Positions 12,589-25,400 of a stretch of 64,000 nucleotides of DNA are shown here, in pieces. Source of the stretch: Aplysia californica (Eukaryota); NCBI RefSeq assembly GCF_000002075.1, contig NW_004797686.1, positions 461,450 to 525,449 on the forward strand. The letters are read 5' to 3'. The notes beneath the pieces were generated by a model. The model saw nothing but the letters and a program-made list of their open reading frames with translations. It did not search any database and was not told the origin of the DNA. The position numbers were made by a program, and so were the translations under genes. How positions within the stretch are numbered: position 1 is the stretch's first letter; every line of letters begins with the position of its first letter.

Positions 12589-12951
12589 GGTTACATTGTG
12601 ATACATGTACATTATGTACTGACATTTTGATCTGTCTCAAATATAGAGCGTACGTAACATTACTCAAAGTCAAAGAAAAAGCGAGAAGTGGTACTGCCAG
12701 TGCCAAGTACTCTGTGCTTTTTTTTAGGTTCCTGGTACATGTGGTGATCCTCACAACAGGTGAAGCTGAAACTCGTTGTAAAATGGGGCAGGTGCAGCGG
12801 GTTTGAGTCGGCGAAGGCAATTCAGCTTCTGCGCTGTCTGTCACTATCAAAGACGGGTGACTTAGTTGCTCCTGTTTATATAATGACAAAGATTGTGATA
12901 CAAAAAAATTAGTCATGTGTTTTATTTCTATCATAGTCTGATGTAACAGAG

Positions 12952-12953
12952 TC

Positions 12954-13008
<55 letters not shown>

Positions 13009-13011
13009 GAG
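12952..13011. repeat. (GA)n microsatellite
   Basis: Directly visible. Confidence 0.95.
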
Positions 13012-14049
13012 AACACAAGGGAAGAAAACACTCATAAGCCAAAAGCATACCTACTTCAATTACTTGATGCAGCCGGGTCTGTAGTGTTCATAGACTTTCC
13101 TCTTTTTGGGGTTTTGTGGTTGTGTTTTCAAGCAAAGAAAAAAAATCACAACCTTTCTTCTTAAACACTTATTTAAATGTAGTGGTGTTCGCTCATTATA
13201 TTATAATAAATACAAGCAGATTTCCAACACACCATGAATGGTGATACATTTCACCTCGGATTTTGAGATAGTGCATCAGAATTACCCAAAGTATTCATAT
13301 TTTTATACTTTCATTTGACGGTAAAATAACCATTTATTGTTTTCGGAGAAAGAAGAATTTATTGTAAGATGCTCAAGGAATACATAATGTATTATTTTAA
13401 GCATTCCATTTATTACGTCATGTGTATAAACTAAAACATTTACTACGTAAATTTACTACATATGTACATGAAAATAACCCTCTTCCAACTTTAAACATGA
13501 TGAATGATTATGCCTGTCCTTTATCACATTTTATAAGTATACTGTGCGCATTACTGTGTATATTATAACACTTCAGTCAAGATTGTTATTATTAAAGAAC
13601 CAATGATCTCTAATTTAAGAACATATTACATTTTTTAACTTAAGCAATGTACTTGCATGTATTTCACCTATTTCATGATAGGAAATTAGTAGAGTGAAAG
13701 TATTCATGTTGTTGAGACTTAAGTTGGAGTGTGAACAAGAGAACAAATGATTTCATATGTCCTGTGCAGTTCTAACAAAGATGCAAATCAAAGACGAGGG
13801 CTCTGCAGTACTGTCCAAAACATTACATCATGCTGTCCTTAATAAAAATTTAACTTACAGATATATATTTTCTTTTCCTTTGTTGGTGCAGGAGAGTTGT
13901 GTTTTGAGTCAGTACAGAGTTCTGTTTATTTTTTTGGCATTTCAGTGAATAAAAACCTTCTCACAAGGCAGGAGGCACATATAGGTTACAAGTACAAGGC
14001 GTCAATACATGTAATATTGTAATCATAACATCATCACACAGTATAACAT

Positions 14050-14530
14050 CAGAGGTTTTGTAGAGGTTTTACGGCGCTCGCAACTGCATAAGGTCACATG
14101 AGCGCCAGAAGATTAGAGGTGTTACAAGAGAGTAACCAACATAAAAAAGAAGGAGGGGAGATAAGGACGATAAATGTTTGATAGGAAAGAAGGAGCAAAC
14201 CACACGAGAGCACCTGCCAACCAACCACACATCTTTTCTGATTTTATCAATTAAAAAAATGACAAGAAACACTGTAGGTCACTTCAAATTCAAAGGACGT
14301 CAATACACATTATGATTCAGAAGAGAAAGATATCCCTGGAAAGACTAAAAATCCAGCAGCTACTTCTAACAGAATCTCGGGTTACTTGTTTGTTTGAATA
14401 AAGAGAAGCACATCGACACAAGACACTATAACGGTCATTCGGTGCTGGGAAAAAGTAAGATAGACAGAAAAAACAGAGGGAAAGTAAAGAAGTAGGACTA
14501 ACAAGTGGTGACCTCCACCCATCCACCTCA
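14050..14530 (-). mobile_element. Decayed 3' end of a non-LTR retrotransposon (I/Nimb-like)
   Basis: 3' stem-loop GGCGCTC...GAGCGCC and (AAAACCTCTAC)n tail shared with 19985-20060; upstream Cys-rich CFFC...VLCRC remnant. Confidence 0.5.
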
Positions 14531-15505
14531 AGTGTCCATTAGTATAAGTTTGTTAAGAATATGGAATAAACTGTTCCTTTATAACGATGAAAAAAAAAAG
14601 GATCTAACGTAACACAAGCTCAAAATCAAGACAGACTTCAATATGTATAATTTATGTACACAGTTTAATAGCAGTATGTATTGCCAAAGCTCTTTCAAAT
14701 AATTGAAATGCTAGAAGAAAAAAAAACCCCAACAAAATTACAGTACGTTTTACACTAATTTATTTCAGTAAATAATTTGATGCAAAATAATTTTGGAAAA
14801 GTAACTTTCTAAAGCATCAATTGACTGAAGGCACATTTAAAATATGTATCACCTCTTTTCCACAAATGAAGTTTTAGTATCATATTATTTTGAAAAATCT
14901 TTGAAGATAAACAACTGATGAAAAGTGGAATGGTCCTTGCAATAAAAAAAAATTATCGCGATAATAAATGGATTGAAAAGCCTGTACAGCATAAATTTAC
15001 ACATGCATGGAATGCAAGTTTGAAATGAAAAACAGAGGCCACAATAAGTAAGGAAACCTGCTTGAAAGAGAAATAGCAAACAAATGTGGAACATGATTAG
15101 ATGAAAGTGTTTCTTTTATAGTCATTACTGTTTTACCACAAACAGGAAATAACAGTGCCATCATTCGTTAATTCGTAAAAATAGCCAGTAAAATGGTATT
15201 AACAGTAAATGTAAAGAGATGGCTGACATTCAGTGAAATCACTTTCAAAGATTATCTTTAGACATTTACAATTTTAAATATATTATATACATGCAGTAGC
15301 AACCAAACCAAACACACACACACACACACACTGCTTACATACAAACAAACTGTTGCTGCCCAAAACATTGAGGCCTAAGCTCTAGTCTGTTCTAAATCCT
15401 AAAATGAGGAATTTCCCAAAACCAAAAGAATGCGTTTTAAGTATCATAGGTTTATAAGGAAAACTCTCTTTATATATATGACAACAGAATTCTTCAAAAA
15501 TACTA

Positions 15506-16255
15506 CAGTGGGCGTCGCATTCAACGAGGTCACATTCAACTAAAAGTCGGCTCCAACGAGGCAATCTTTAATCCCCAATTGTTTCATTTATATCTCTTTG
15601 TAAATGTATGTCAGCTCCAATTAGGTTGCAAACAGACCGAAGTTGCTTTCAAAGAGGTCGTGATAACCAAATAAAAGCAATTAGCGGCCCCAAAAGCGAA
15701 GAATGTTTCTCCTTTCTCTCCATCTCACACGAAGCACAAGGCCTATCCTCGATTCCTAACTCATTGTATTGTTAGATCTAGTGTGTGCCTCCTAATATGG
15801 GCCCCAAATCCAAGAGGACGGGCGAGGGTTAGCCTACGGTAGGAATGGGAGGGGGTGGGTGGGAAAGTGATGCGGGCTGTATGAAACTGGATGAACTCTA
15901 GATGGGTAGGTCTAGATCGAGACCTTCATTTTTTTTTCAATTTTCTTTTCTTCTCCTGATCAGAAAATCCAAGCTCCTGCCTATACTTTATGTAGGTCTA
16001 GGCCTTCATGTGAGAGGGTACGTTTCCGCACGAGAAGTGTTCTGGTAAAAAAAATTTTTTTTTCAGAAATGACGGTCCGAACACAGCTCAAACACGGTGC
16101 TGTTTGAGATTTTCGTCATCAGGGGGAATAGCTGTTTTAATTACTGGTATTGATACGTCGTGTAATATAATAACTTGTCACGTTCAACAAGAGGTCGGAT
16201 ACAACGAGGACAACAAGCCGGTCCCGGCAACCTCGTTGAATGCGACACCCAATTG
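15506..16255. mobile_element. Tc1/mariner-type MITE
   Basis: TA|CAGTGGGCGTCGCATTCAACGAGGT ... ACCTCGTTGAATGCGACACCCAATTG|TA. Confidence 0.82.
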
Positions 16256-16834
16256 TAAAAGGAACACAACCAAGTGTAGACAAAAATGTTTGAATAAACC
16301 TCTTGAAGACACTTTCCTACAAGTTGCACAGAAGGATGACTGTTGAAAAATATGACCCTCAGATTACAGCATTAACATCTAGTGAGCACAGACCCCCCCC
16401 CCCACCTTCCCCCAAGGTCTTTCCTCACGTAAATGAATATTAAATGCTAATTAACGAAATCATCAGTTGAAATCGTTTAGAATGATTTTTGAATCTTCCA
16501 ACTCTAGCAGCATACAGTGAACACACACACAAACTAATTAATCCAATCACTTTTGTCACCCTTTACAACGATACAACATCCAGTCAAATTAATAATATCT
16601 CTAGGGCTGAGCAAAGGATGGGTCCGTTCTCCTGGTCTTTCCTTTACAAATTTTTTCTTGCAAAAAGGTCACCTTTTTTTTTTAAAGAACTGGCGCAAAC
16701 CTAAGTAGAGAAGGCTCATATTTCGCAAGTCGTGACAATAGGGTGAACGTACATGGCACTTTTCCCACAAACTCGGTAACCAACACGATTATTGAGCCCT
16801 CGTTAGGAATGTCTTTCTTTCTGTGTCTATACGC

Positions 16835-17012
16835 ACGCATACACACTCACATAATATTATATCTAGGTGTTCCTACACACTCAAACACACTCACACATTC
16901 CTATACTTTCAGACATTCCTATACTTTCCTATACACTCACACATATCTCTAGGTTTTCCTACACACTCACTCATATCAGGGTTTTCTTACACTCACACAT
17001 TTTACCTAGACT
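16835..17012. repeat. Degenerate minisatellite (TCCTA(C/T)ACACTCAC-type unit)
   Basis: Repeated CTAGG(T)TTTCCTACACACTCAC motifs. Confidence 0.65.
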
Positions 17013-17261
17013 TTCGTCTCAATCGAGAAGATCTTATTTTTTAACTTAACCTTCCCTCAGTTCTGAGCCCCATCGACACTTTGATCCATCCTCCGCCTCT
17101 GCAGATATGTATTGAAAAGGCCGTCTTCTAGAGATCTCTACGTTCTCAATCCTTTCTGAACGTCTCGGCCGGCATGCACAAATTTTAAATAATTGTGTCA
17201 TTGTGTAAGCTATCCAAATGTTATTTTATTGTCTGTATCTGTGGTTTTAAACAAAATAAAA

Positions 17262-17392
17262 TCTGAAATTATGCAAACTGAGCCCAAAAAATGTGAAATT
17301 ATGCGATTCTGTTAATTTCAACAAAAAATGATAAACCCCCCAAAAAATAAAATTTTGAAAAATTATGCGGGGTGCATAAAACCACGGGGACA
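17262..17392 (-). mobile_element. ~175-bp MITE family, copy 3 (inverted, partial)
   Basis: Reverse complement of the 10294/11115 copies, ending TGCATAAAACCACGGGGACA. Confidence 0.75.
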
Positions 17393-17457
17393 GTACATAT
17401 TTTAAGCACCTGGAGCTAGCGGACAATGAGCGGTATATAAGTGAGTATTATCATTAT

Positions 17458-17557
17458 NNNNNNNNNNNNNNNNNNNNNNNNNNNNNNNNNNNNNNNNNNN
17501 NNNNNNNNNNNNNNNNNNNNNNNNNNNNNNNNNNNNNNNNNNNNNNNNNNNNNNNNN
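17458..17557. other. Assembly gap (100 N)
   Basis: N run. Confidence 1.
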
Positions 17558-19762
17558 ACACACGGTATTCACTTTCAAACAAACTTGGCACACCATAGGC
17601 TTACTCCAAAAGTAACAAGGCAACAAAGAGTTGTTCACACTACGGACCCAAATCCTCTCCTGCACACCTGAGTCCTCTCAGCTCACCACTATTTCAAAAA
17701 TACAATAAATACAGCAAAAATATTCCCTGAATCCAAAAGTTATCTCAGCTTTTGCTTGCTGTCTGATTTTTAAATATTTTATGCCACTCCCCTTCAAAAT
17801 TTAGAGACCATGTAGGTGGTGAGTTGCTGCAAAACTGGATAGAGTGGAATTCAGTATCCCAGCACAAACTCAATAAAATTCCTCACATGAGAATCAAGCT
17901 CACATTATTTGGTGCAAGGCGAAGAGCCTATACATTATACAGTAGATGCCCACTTTGGTTTTTTAGTACGGTAGATTATAAAATTTAGAAACATAATCTA
18001 TTGTGGCACAATCATAATGTTCTGACTTCATGCAGTTTGGCTACACAACTTCATTCATTTGATTTTTAAAAAACAAAACAAAAAACTAGGTGCATTTGGT
18101 ACTTCAACAGGAAAGGATAAAGTTGTGAAAGGTCTGCAACTCAATAAATTGAGTCATGACAATACTTTGTGTTTGTTACACAAACACGTTTACACCCAAA
18201 AAGTCCATATAGACCAATGGTAGTCAAACAAAACTCACCATTTCAACATCAGTTATACAATAACAGCATTCACTGACCACATTCTCCTACTAAATAATAT
18301 ACACGCTTATCTCAGTTAAAATGTCTCAGTCAAAGTGAATTCAGAAAAATTTTAAGACTTTAATCAATACACACACATTGATTTTGTACAGGTGGGACAA
18401 ATGACATAATTTTGAATGTAAGATGCACCATAAGGTCAGATATAGAACTACATGTAACAGCTTTTCAGTACAATAGCAGCATACATATTATGAACTATGG
18501 CAAAGAAAGGAATGCATAGATGAAAATATCGGCATAAATGTCAACGCGTATTGTGTGTGGAGTACATCACATGTACAGTGTTTAGAAGTAGCAGGACAAA
18601 CTTCTCTCAACATTATATGTATGGTCACTTTACAAGATAAAATCTTTTGCTATTATTGAAGAATGATTATACACATTCTTGTTAGGTACTCTGGTAGCCT
18701 GACTCACGAACCAAGAGCCAAGATAAATTTTTTGTTAAATTAGACTGACGAATAATCCCAAGCAAAAGAGATTTGCCTGGATTAACTAACAATTCAAAAC
18801 ATATCTGATAGTTTTACATTTGTTTCTTTTCCAAACATTGGCATATTATTTTTGTTTTTTCAATATTGTTGGCGCTGTCCTGCGCATTTTTTGAGCAAAA
18901 GAAAACAAACCACACATCTCACATAAAAGTTCAATCAAGTCAACCATAATTTTGAATTAAAACTTTCCTTTTACTTAAAACAGGCTAGTTGAACTGATTA
19001 ATGGCAACCTACCGTCATTTCAACAGACCTTGAGAATCTTGTTTCCTTCTAAATGAAATGCCACAATCCACTGAATTTAAATACAATTCTTTTTATTAAA
19101 ATTTAATATTCAATAACTGTCACAAGTCCAGTGTAAAGTTATCCAAAAGAGCAGTGTCAACTTTATGTCCAAAAAAACAACTCCCATCCCTGTTAAAACC
19201 ACTTATACCTATTACACCCCTGCAAGCAAAAAAGCTAATGTTTTCATCCCCCCCCCCCCCAATTTAAGAGTTTAAAAAAAGGGAAAAGAGTAAATTAGAG
19301 AACAAAGCATGCCAATGCTTTTATCTGTTCTTGACTTTCCTTTAAGATCAAAGGATGGAATTGTCAGAGAATGGCAGATTTTTGCCAAATGTCGGAAGAC
19401 TGGAAGCACTCAATGACGATCAAATTATACATTACTATAATAAAAAAAAAGAAGTTGAAAATGAAAAAGTTATGAGAAAAGTACACAAAATCCAGGTGAC
19501 AGTTTTCTATTTTAAAAGGAAAGATAAAATCCAAGCCAGGTCAGTAAGCTTCTACAAAATTGTTAAACAGAGCAAGAACTCTTGTTGTTGCAGTAGTTTT
19601 TACACTCATTTCAGAATACAAAACAGGTGGAATGTTTGAGAGATAATGGACTTGATTTCAAGGTATATACACGAGTGATGAAAAATTAATCAAACTATGG
19701 CGCCCAACTCAGGCACAGGAATGATACAAGTAGGCCTACCGTACATATTTACCTATAATATA

Positions 19763-21455
19763 CAGGGTGTCCAGCAATATTTCCTGAAAAAATTTACTAC
19801 CTGGAAAAAAATTTACTACCCAGCAAATCAAGCCCCACACCAGCTCGAAAAAGGGAGTTAATTTGCGCCATCAATAACATATATATTATTATTACATAAC
19901 ATATGGAACGAAAAGAACACACAACAAAGTCCAGTCGACAAAATGGAGGATAGACAGACGATCGCAAGCTTGCTTGCAGCTAGATTTAGTTTTAGTAAGG
20001 TTTTTGTTTTAGTAGAGGTTTTTGGGCGCTCGCAACTGCATAGGTGATATGAGCGACAAGGGGTGGATGTCAACAGAGAAGTCCAAGCTTCGACCATCAA
20101 GGCACCCCGGAAATAGAAGTTCACAAGTGTGACAAACATACAAAAGAAGTAGATGAAAATGACGATAGTAAAGAAGAGGACAGAAAAGGCAGCAGTTTCC
20201 CCTACGCGGGTCCAGCACAGTATGAGCATGACATTTATAAATCAGCCCATTTACAATTCTACTGTGCATAAGAACATGTTAATATCCTCCCTTTGGGAAT
20301 GGCCTAAAGACATTTCAGTCAGTAGCACTGCCCTGGTGGGGGGGGGGAGATTTGTACCTAATGTGTACACACAGGGTGACTGCCAAACCGGCTTCTCCAT
20401 TTTCCAGGGCCATGCTACACAACAACGCGCGCACACACACACACACACACCCACACACTCACGTAATGACTCGAGTAAACATATTCAGTGTGAGAGGTGT
20501 AAGAACTGTGAGAGGGCAAGAGGCAGTGTCACTGAAAATCTGCCAGTCTTGAACAGAAAGCTACAATATTGTTCTAATTTACTATCACCCAACAAATGAA
20601 ACGCGAACACTTTATTTCAATAACACGGCTTACAAGGTATGGAGGATCCCGATTCCACACAAGGCCTGCACCAACACGCGCTTTGCAGAGGGCTCTAAAT
20701 CTAATCAAAATTCTGAAATTTGCATACAGTTTTTGTCCTCTGGTGTTGCCTTCATCCGCTCCCCCCCTCCCCCGAATGTCTCTTTTAAAAAATCAATAAT
20801 CCCTGCCCTACTCCGTAGTCCTATACTTCGCAATGCTCGACTTTTTAATGAACTTTGGCGACCCCAACAAATGCTGGTGCTCACCGATGCCGTACCTTGT
20901 AGTGCCTCGCGCGAAGGTTCACTGACCTGTCACGCTGGCGAACCCGACAATCTAAAAATCGGACAAAGCTTGTATTTTCTTTTCACCCCCCCCCCCCCCA
21001 ACCCCCACAAGTGACAGAGTCCGAGTAATTAATAAATTTTGTTTGCACGGCGACACAGCGTTTATACTGTACAACACAAATGTTGCGTTATCAGTTTATC
21101 TTCGCCAAATTTTAGGGTGGTAACGAAAGCGAAAGTAGATCTCGATTTTCCCGATCGAGCCTCGGTGTCACATACACTTCCACCTGCCGCCATAGCCGGC
21201 TTTTCGCGTGAAACGTACTCTCGGACGGGGAAAAGGTAAACGAATAATTATAATAATATATCACAATCGCGACCTGCAAAACCGGAGGCTAGGGTTCACT
21301 GAAAAGTCTTGCTGGCTTCATCACTCAGTATGCAGGCTAATTTATGACCGTTTACCAAATTTTTACTACCTTCAAGGCAAATTTACTACCATTTACGACC
21401 TTTACGACCAGGGCGCCGAATTTACGACTTTTTAACGATTTTGCTGGACACCCTG
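19763..21455. mobile_element. hAT-like non-autonomous DNA transposon with a nested retroposon tail
   Basis: TIR CAGGGTGTCCAGCAA / TTGCTGGACACCCTG; flanks AATATA / AATATG; subterminal TTTAC(T/G)ACC repeats. Confidence 0.8.
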
Positions 21456-22287
21456 AATATGAGTGATTTTAAAAACAAAAATGAGGTCTAAAATTATACT
21501 CTCATATTATATATATGACATGCAGCCCTTCTCTTGCGATGCATTTCTTTGGATCGCTGTTCAATGTCATAAAATAAACATTGGAATACATATTGTTAAT
21601 GGAGCTGTTTACCTGGGTTGTGCTCTTGATTTTTGCACTTAATATTTAAAGATATGACCAACTAGTATTTGATTTCACGAATGTTGAGCCCCTCTCCAGC
21701 ATGTCAGAAATGCATCCTCTTCATGCACGCCTACAAACATGGGCCAATTTGGAAGAAGTCAAAGTCTTCACCCTGTATAACATGTCACATCGTGTTATAA
21801 GCTAATGTACATGGTAATAGACTTCCCAGGTGAACACACATGCAAATGTCAGAAGAATGTCATCTGTATTTTCAGTTGCGACCTCATCACAAACATACAA
21901 ACACACACACAGTGGGTCTATTATGTTTCAGTGAGGGACCAACATTCAACAGAGATCAGTTTCCAAGAAGTTCAGGTTCCTTTGACAAATTTTTTCTAAA
22001 AAGGGGTAATAAATTGAAGGGGAGTAACAATCCTTTTAATTGATAAACACTGGTAATAATTTCAAACTATTAGATCGAGACCAAAGCGGCCAAAACACCA
22101 ACAATCTGCAGACCATCTGTATTCAGCAAATTGTCATTTCCCATTGCAACACAAAATTACAATGCAACACACTTTACTGCAAACAATCAACAATTTCACC
22201 AACTCATTTGCTTCTTGTACTGTGAAACAGTCATACTTCATTTCTCATTTCATATAAACAACAAACATTTCAAAAAGGCAGGATAGA

Positions 22288-22496
22288 TCACAACAACCTG
22301 AGTACTCCAACAACCACACCCATCAAAGTGAGAAGAGTAACCGGCACAGAAGACAGGCGGAAACCTGCATTACATCCATCAGATGAACAGCTGTACACAC
22401 AAGCTCTGTACATTCTGTCGTGGTCTGGGAACCAAATATCTTGACACTGGTCTCCCAAGTCTTTGGAAGAACAGAATCGATGAGTCCCGACAACAC
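22288..22496 (-). CDS. Ly6/boudin-like exon 3
   Basis: GVVGTHRFCSSKDLGDQC...CSSDGCNAG plus hydrophobic tail, then TGA. Confidence 0.92.
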
Positions 22497-25400
22497 CTAA
22501 GAATAAACAACACATTAGGATTAGATGTTGTACAAGGAATATAAATTTCAAAACCAAGATAATAAAATTGTACCATGTATGGTCTGTGGTCTGAACAGAG
22601 ACACAAGTGAGACCTGCAGTGGTATCTCATCAGGAGAAAGGGCTTAGATGCTTCAATAAGTGATGCCTTTGACTTTAAAAGACTCCTCTACGAACATGGA
22701 AACATCAAGAGCCCTTATGTTACTTCCACTGTCATGCAACACAGACTCTAAACACAAGGACATCCATGCTTTGTGGTACTTGAAAGAACCAAAATATCAC
22801 TTTTGAGACATTAAAAGAAAGATGGCCAAAAAGACAACAAACAAAAAACAAAAAAACAAAAAAAGAAACAACACGATGCAAATGAGTAGCAAAACATCAA
22901 CTCTTGCTTGGCGATCAGTGCAGGTGCATTTTCTGGTGCACATTGACCTAATTAGTCTCATGCACCACCATCACAGTACACAACACGTGACCAAAACTGT
23001 ATAAGGAAAGGACAGTGCACATTACTACAACTTAGAAAAAACATATTTAAGACAAAATTGAAAATACCCAAATATTACAATATTCTTCAATTTCCTTATG
23101 ATCCTAGTGACACACATGTACACAATTCCTGAGTTTCTAATAAGAAATTTACTTAGAGCACTGAAAAACACATGTGTCAGAGATGGTAGTCTACAATTCC
23201 TGAGTTTCTAATAAGAAATCTACTTAGAGCACTGAAAAACACATGTGTCAGAGATGGTAGTCTACAATTCCTGAGTTTCTAATAAGAAATTTACTTAGAG
23301 CACTGAAAAACACATGTGTCAGAGATGGTAGTCTACAATTCCTGAAAACTAAGTTTTACTCGATGGAGACTGGAAGGTAAGCAATGCAAATTCACCTTCA
23401 AACTCAAACTACATGAACATGCGACTCTTACTGCAAAAGGGATTTTTTCTTAACTCATTTAAAAATAAGGAAGGAACACAACTGGATAATAGTGACAAAA
23501 AGAAGCTTCCCCTGGAATCTTTTCCATTGGTTCTTATGAATTTGTTACATCTTCAAGTTTGGACTATCAAGACAATTTGCCCCAATAATAAAATATAAAA
23601 CAGCCATGAAAAACTGACCCAATGTAAAAAGATTGACACAAATCATCAACAGAGAACAATTCTTCTTACCTCCCCACATTCCAGTTACTTTTGCACAATA
23701 CTTTGCATCCCACAGCTGGCAGAGGGTGTATTTGTCTTCATTGACAGAAAGGCTTTCATCCCATTTCTCCTGACAGTTGCTGTCCAAAGTTGAATCACAC
23801 TGATAGCAGTACAAAGCAGCACCTGAAAATAAAAAGGTAATTTTCAGTAGACAAATATACAGTTGAGAAGAGATAACAAATAGATAGCTCAAACAATATG
23901 TCGAATCTCAGCCTGAATTGATATATTTTCTTTGTATTGGCAGCATGGTAATCTTGAACACCTGCATGGATGTGTTGAACAGCTCATCTCGAAAAGTCTG
24001 ATCAAATTTTTCCTCAAATTCACCTTGCCTTACCCATACGATGGAAAACAACACACCCATCATCCCTGAGAATATCAGGTTACATGGGCCCATCAGACTT
24101 GCCCATATACAGCGTGATACACACACTGCTGGTATCAAGACACATTACTCAAATTACCTGTAGTGTACAGAAGCACAAGAACTTCATTAATCTAGTCATG
24201 TGAGGATGAGTACTGGGGTGGTGGGGTGTGATTAAAGAGACAATGTGGTGCCGCAATGGGCTGTATGGTGGGTTCATTATGTTTGTATACATTGTGAATG
24301 TCGCAGTTTGAACATCACTAGGAAGTGATTACATTAGAGAGTTGGTGAGACAATCTCTGATGAATATTGGTTAAATCGTCATGATCATGATATGGCGTAG
24401 TAAAAGCAAGTTTTTTTTTGGTCATAGGCTCATCAACCCGGAAACGGAAAGAGAAATTCCTTCCCTTGGAGGGTTTTGGTATGTCCAGGATAGTGAATGC
24501 TTTGCCAGCTCAACCCTAACTTGAAATACATCTCCCAAGTTTGGTTCCATCAGCTCTAATATTTACACCATGCTGCCACACAAGGGGGTTGGGGGTGGTT
24601 GCGGTCTGGGGGTATTTGTTACTCCACCTCTGTGAGCCCTGCATGAGTGCTCGTGAATCTCCTCCAGTAGTGCGCCAGCACAAAAACATTCAAGGGTAGC
24701 CAGTGGTCTGAAATTAATTTTTGACCACTGTCTGCTGCCCTGATCCTCAAATTGTTGTTGCATGCAGGTGAGGGGTGACATTGGTCAATTGTGCTACATT
24801 GATGGTTAAGAGCTTTGAGTGGAAACAAAGGAGATATTCAATTATTTTTGTTTTTCATTGTTGCATAACTGTTCCATGAAATGTAAACACTGGTGGCAAT
24901 GGGCATACCATTATTAGAGAGGCTAGGATAGCATTGGGAGGGTTTAAGTTTTGTCCACAGCCTGCCCATTGGACAGGCGACCCTTGATCCCACCGCCTAT
25001 GGGCTGGCCCTCTGGACACCCCCCCCCCCCCCCCAATCTCTAAACTCCTCAGTCCAAAACGGAAAATAGTCTAAGATGGAACTTTTTTGGTCTGGCTCCC
25101 TTGTGATTCTGCCCTGGACAGGTTCCACTGTGTATATATATATAGAAGGTATACAATACACTGACAATCACAACACTACAGTACTAGAACAGGAGATGAA
25201 CAAGACTGAATGCAAAAATGTGAGTTTCATTCCTGTGAGGGGAAGTTGATTTATCAAGCATTTCTGGCTTACTAGATCATTGATCATAGTAGTTTGTTCA
25301 TCATAAACTGATGATGACTTCCAATATCCAAGGAGGAAGAGAAGTCAAATAATCTTTCTAGATCAAACAATGGCATACATATACAGTATAACACGGATAG

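Noticed and set aside
12566-13048. 160-aa ORF and other short track ORFs in introns or intergenic DNA
   Set aside because: Derived from microsatellites, TEs or antisense frames; no splice or homology support.
23122-23345. 71-bp repeat as CRISPR-like
   Set aside because: Contiguous identical units without unique spacers.
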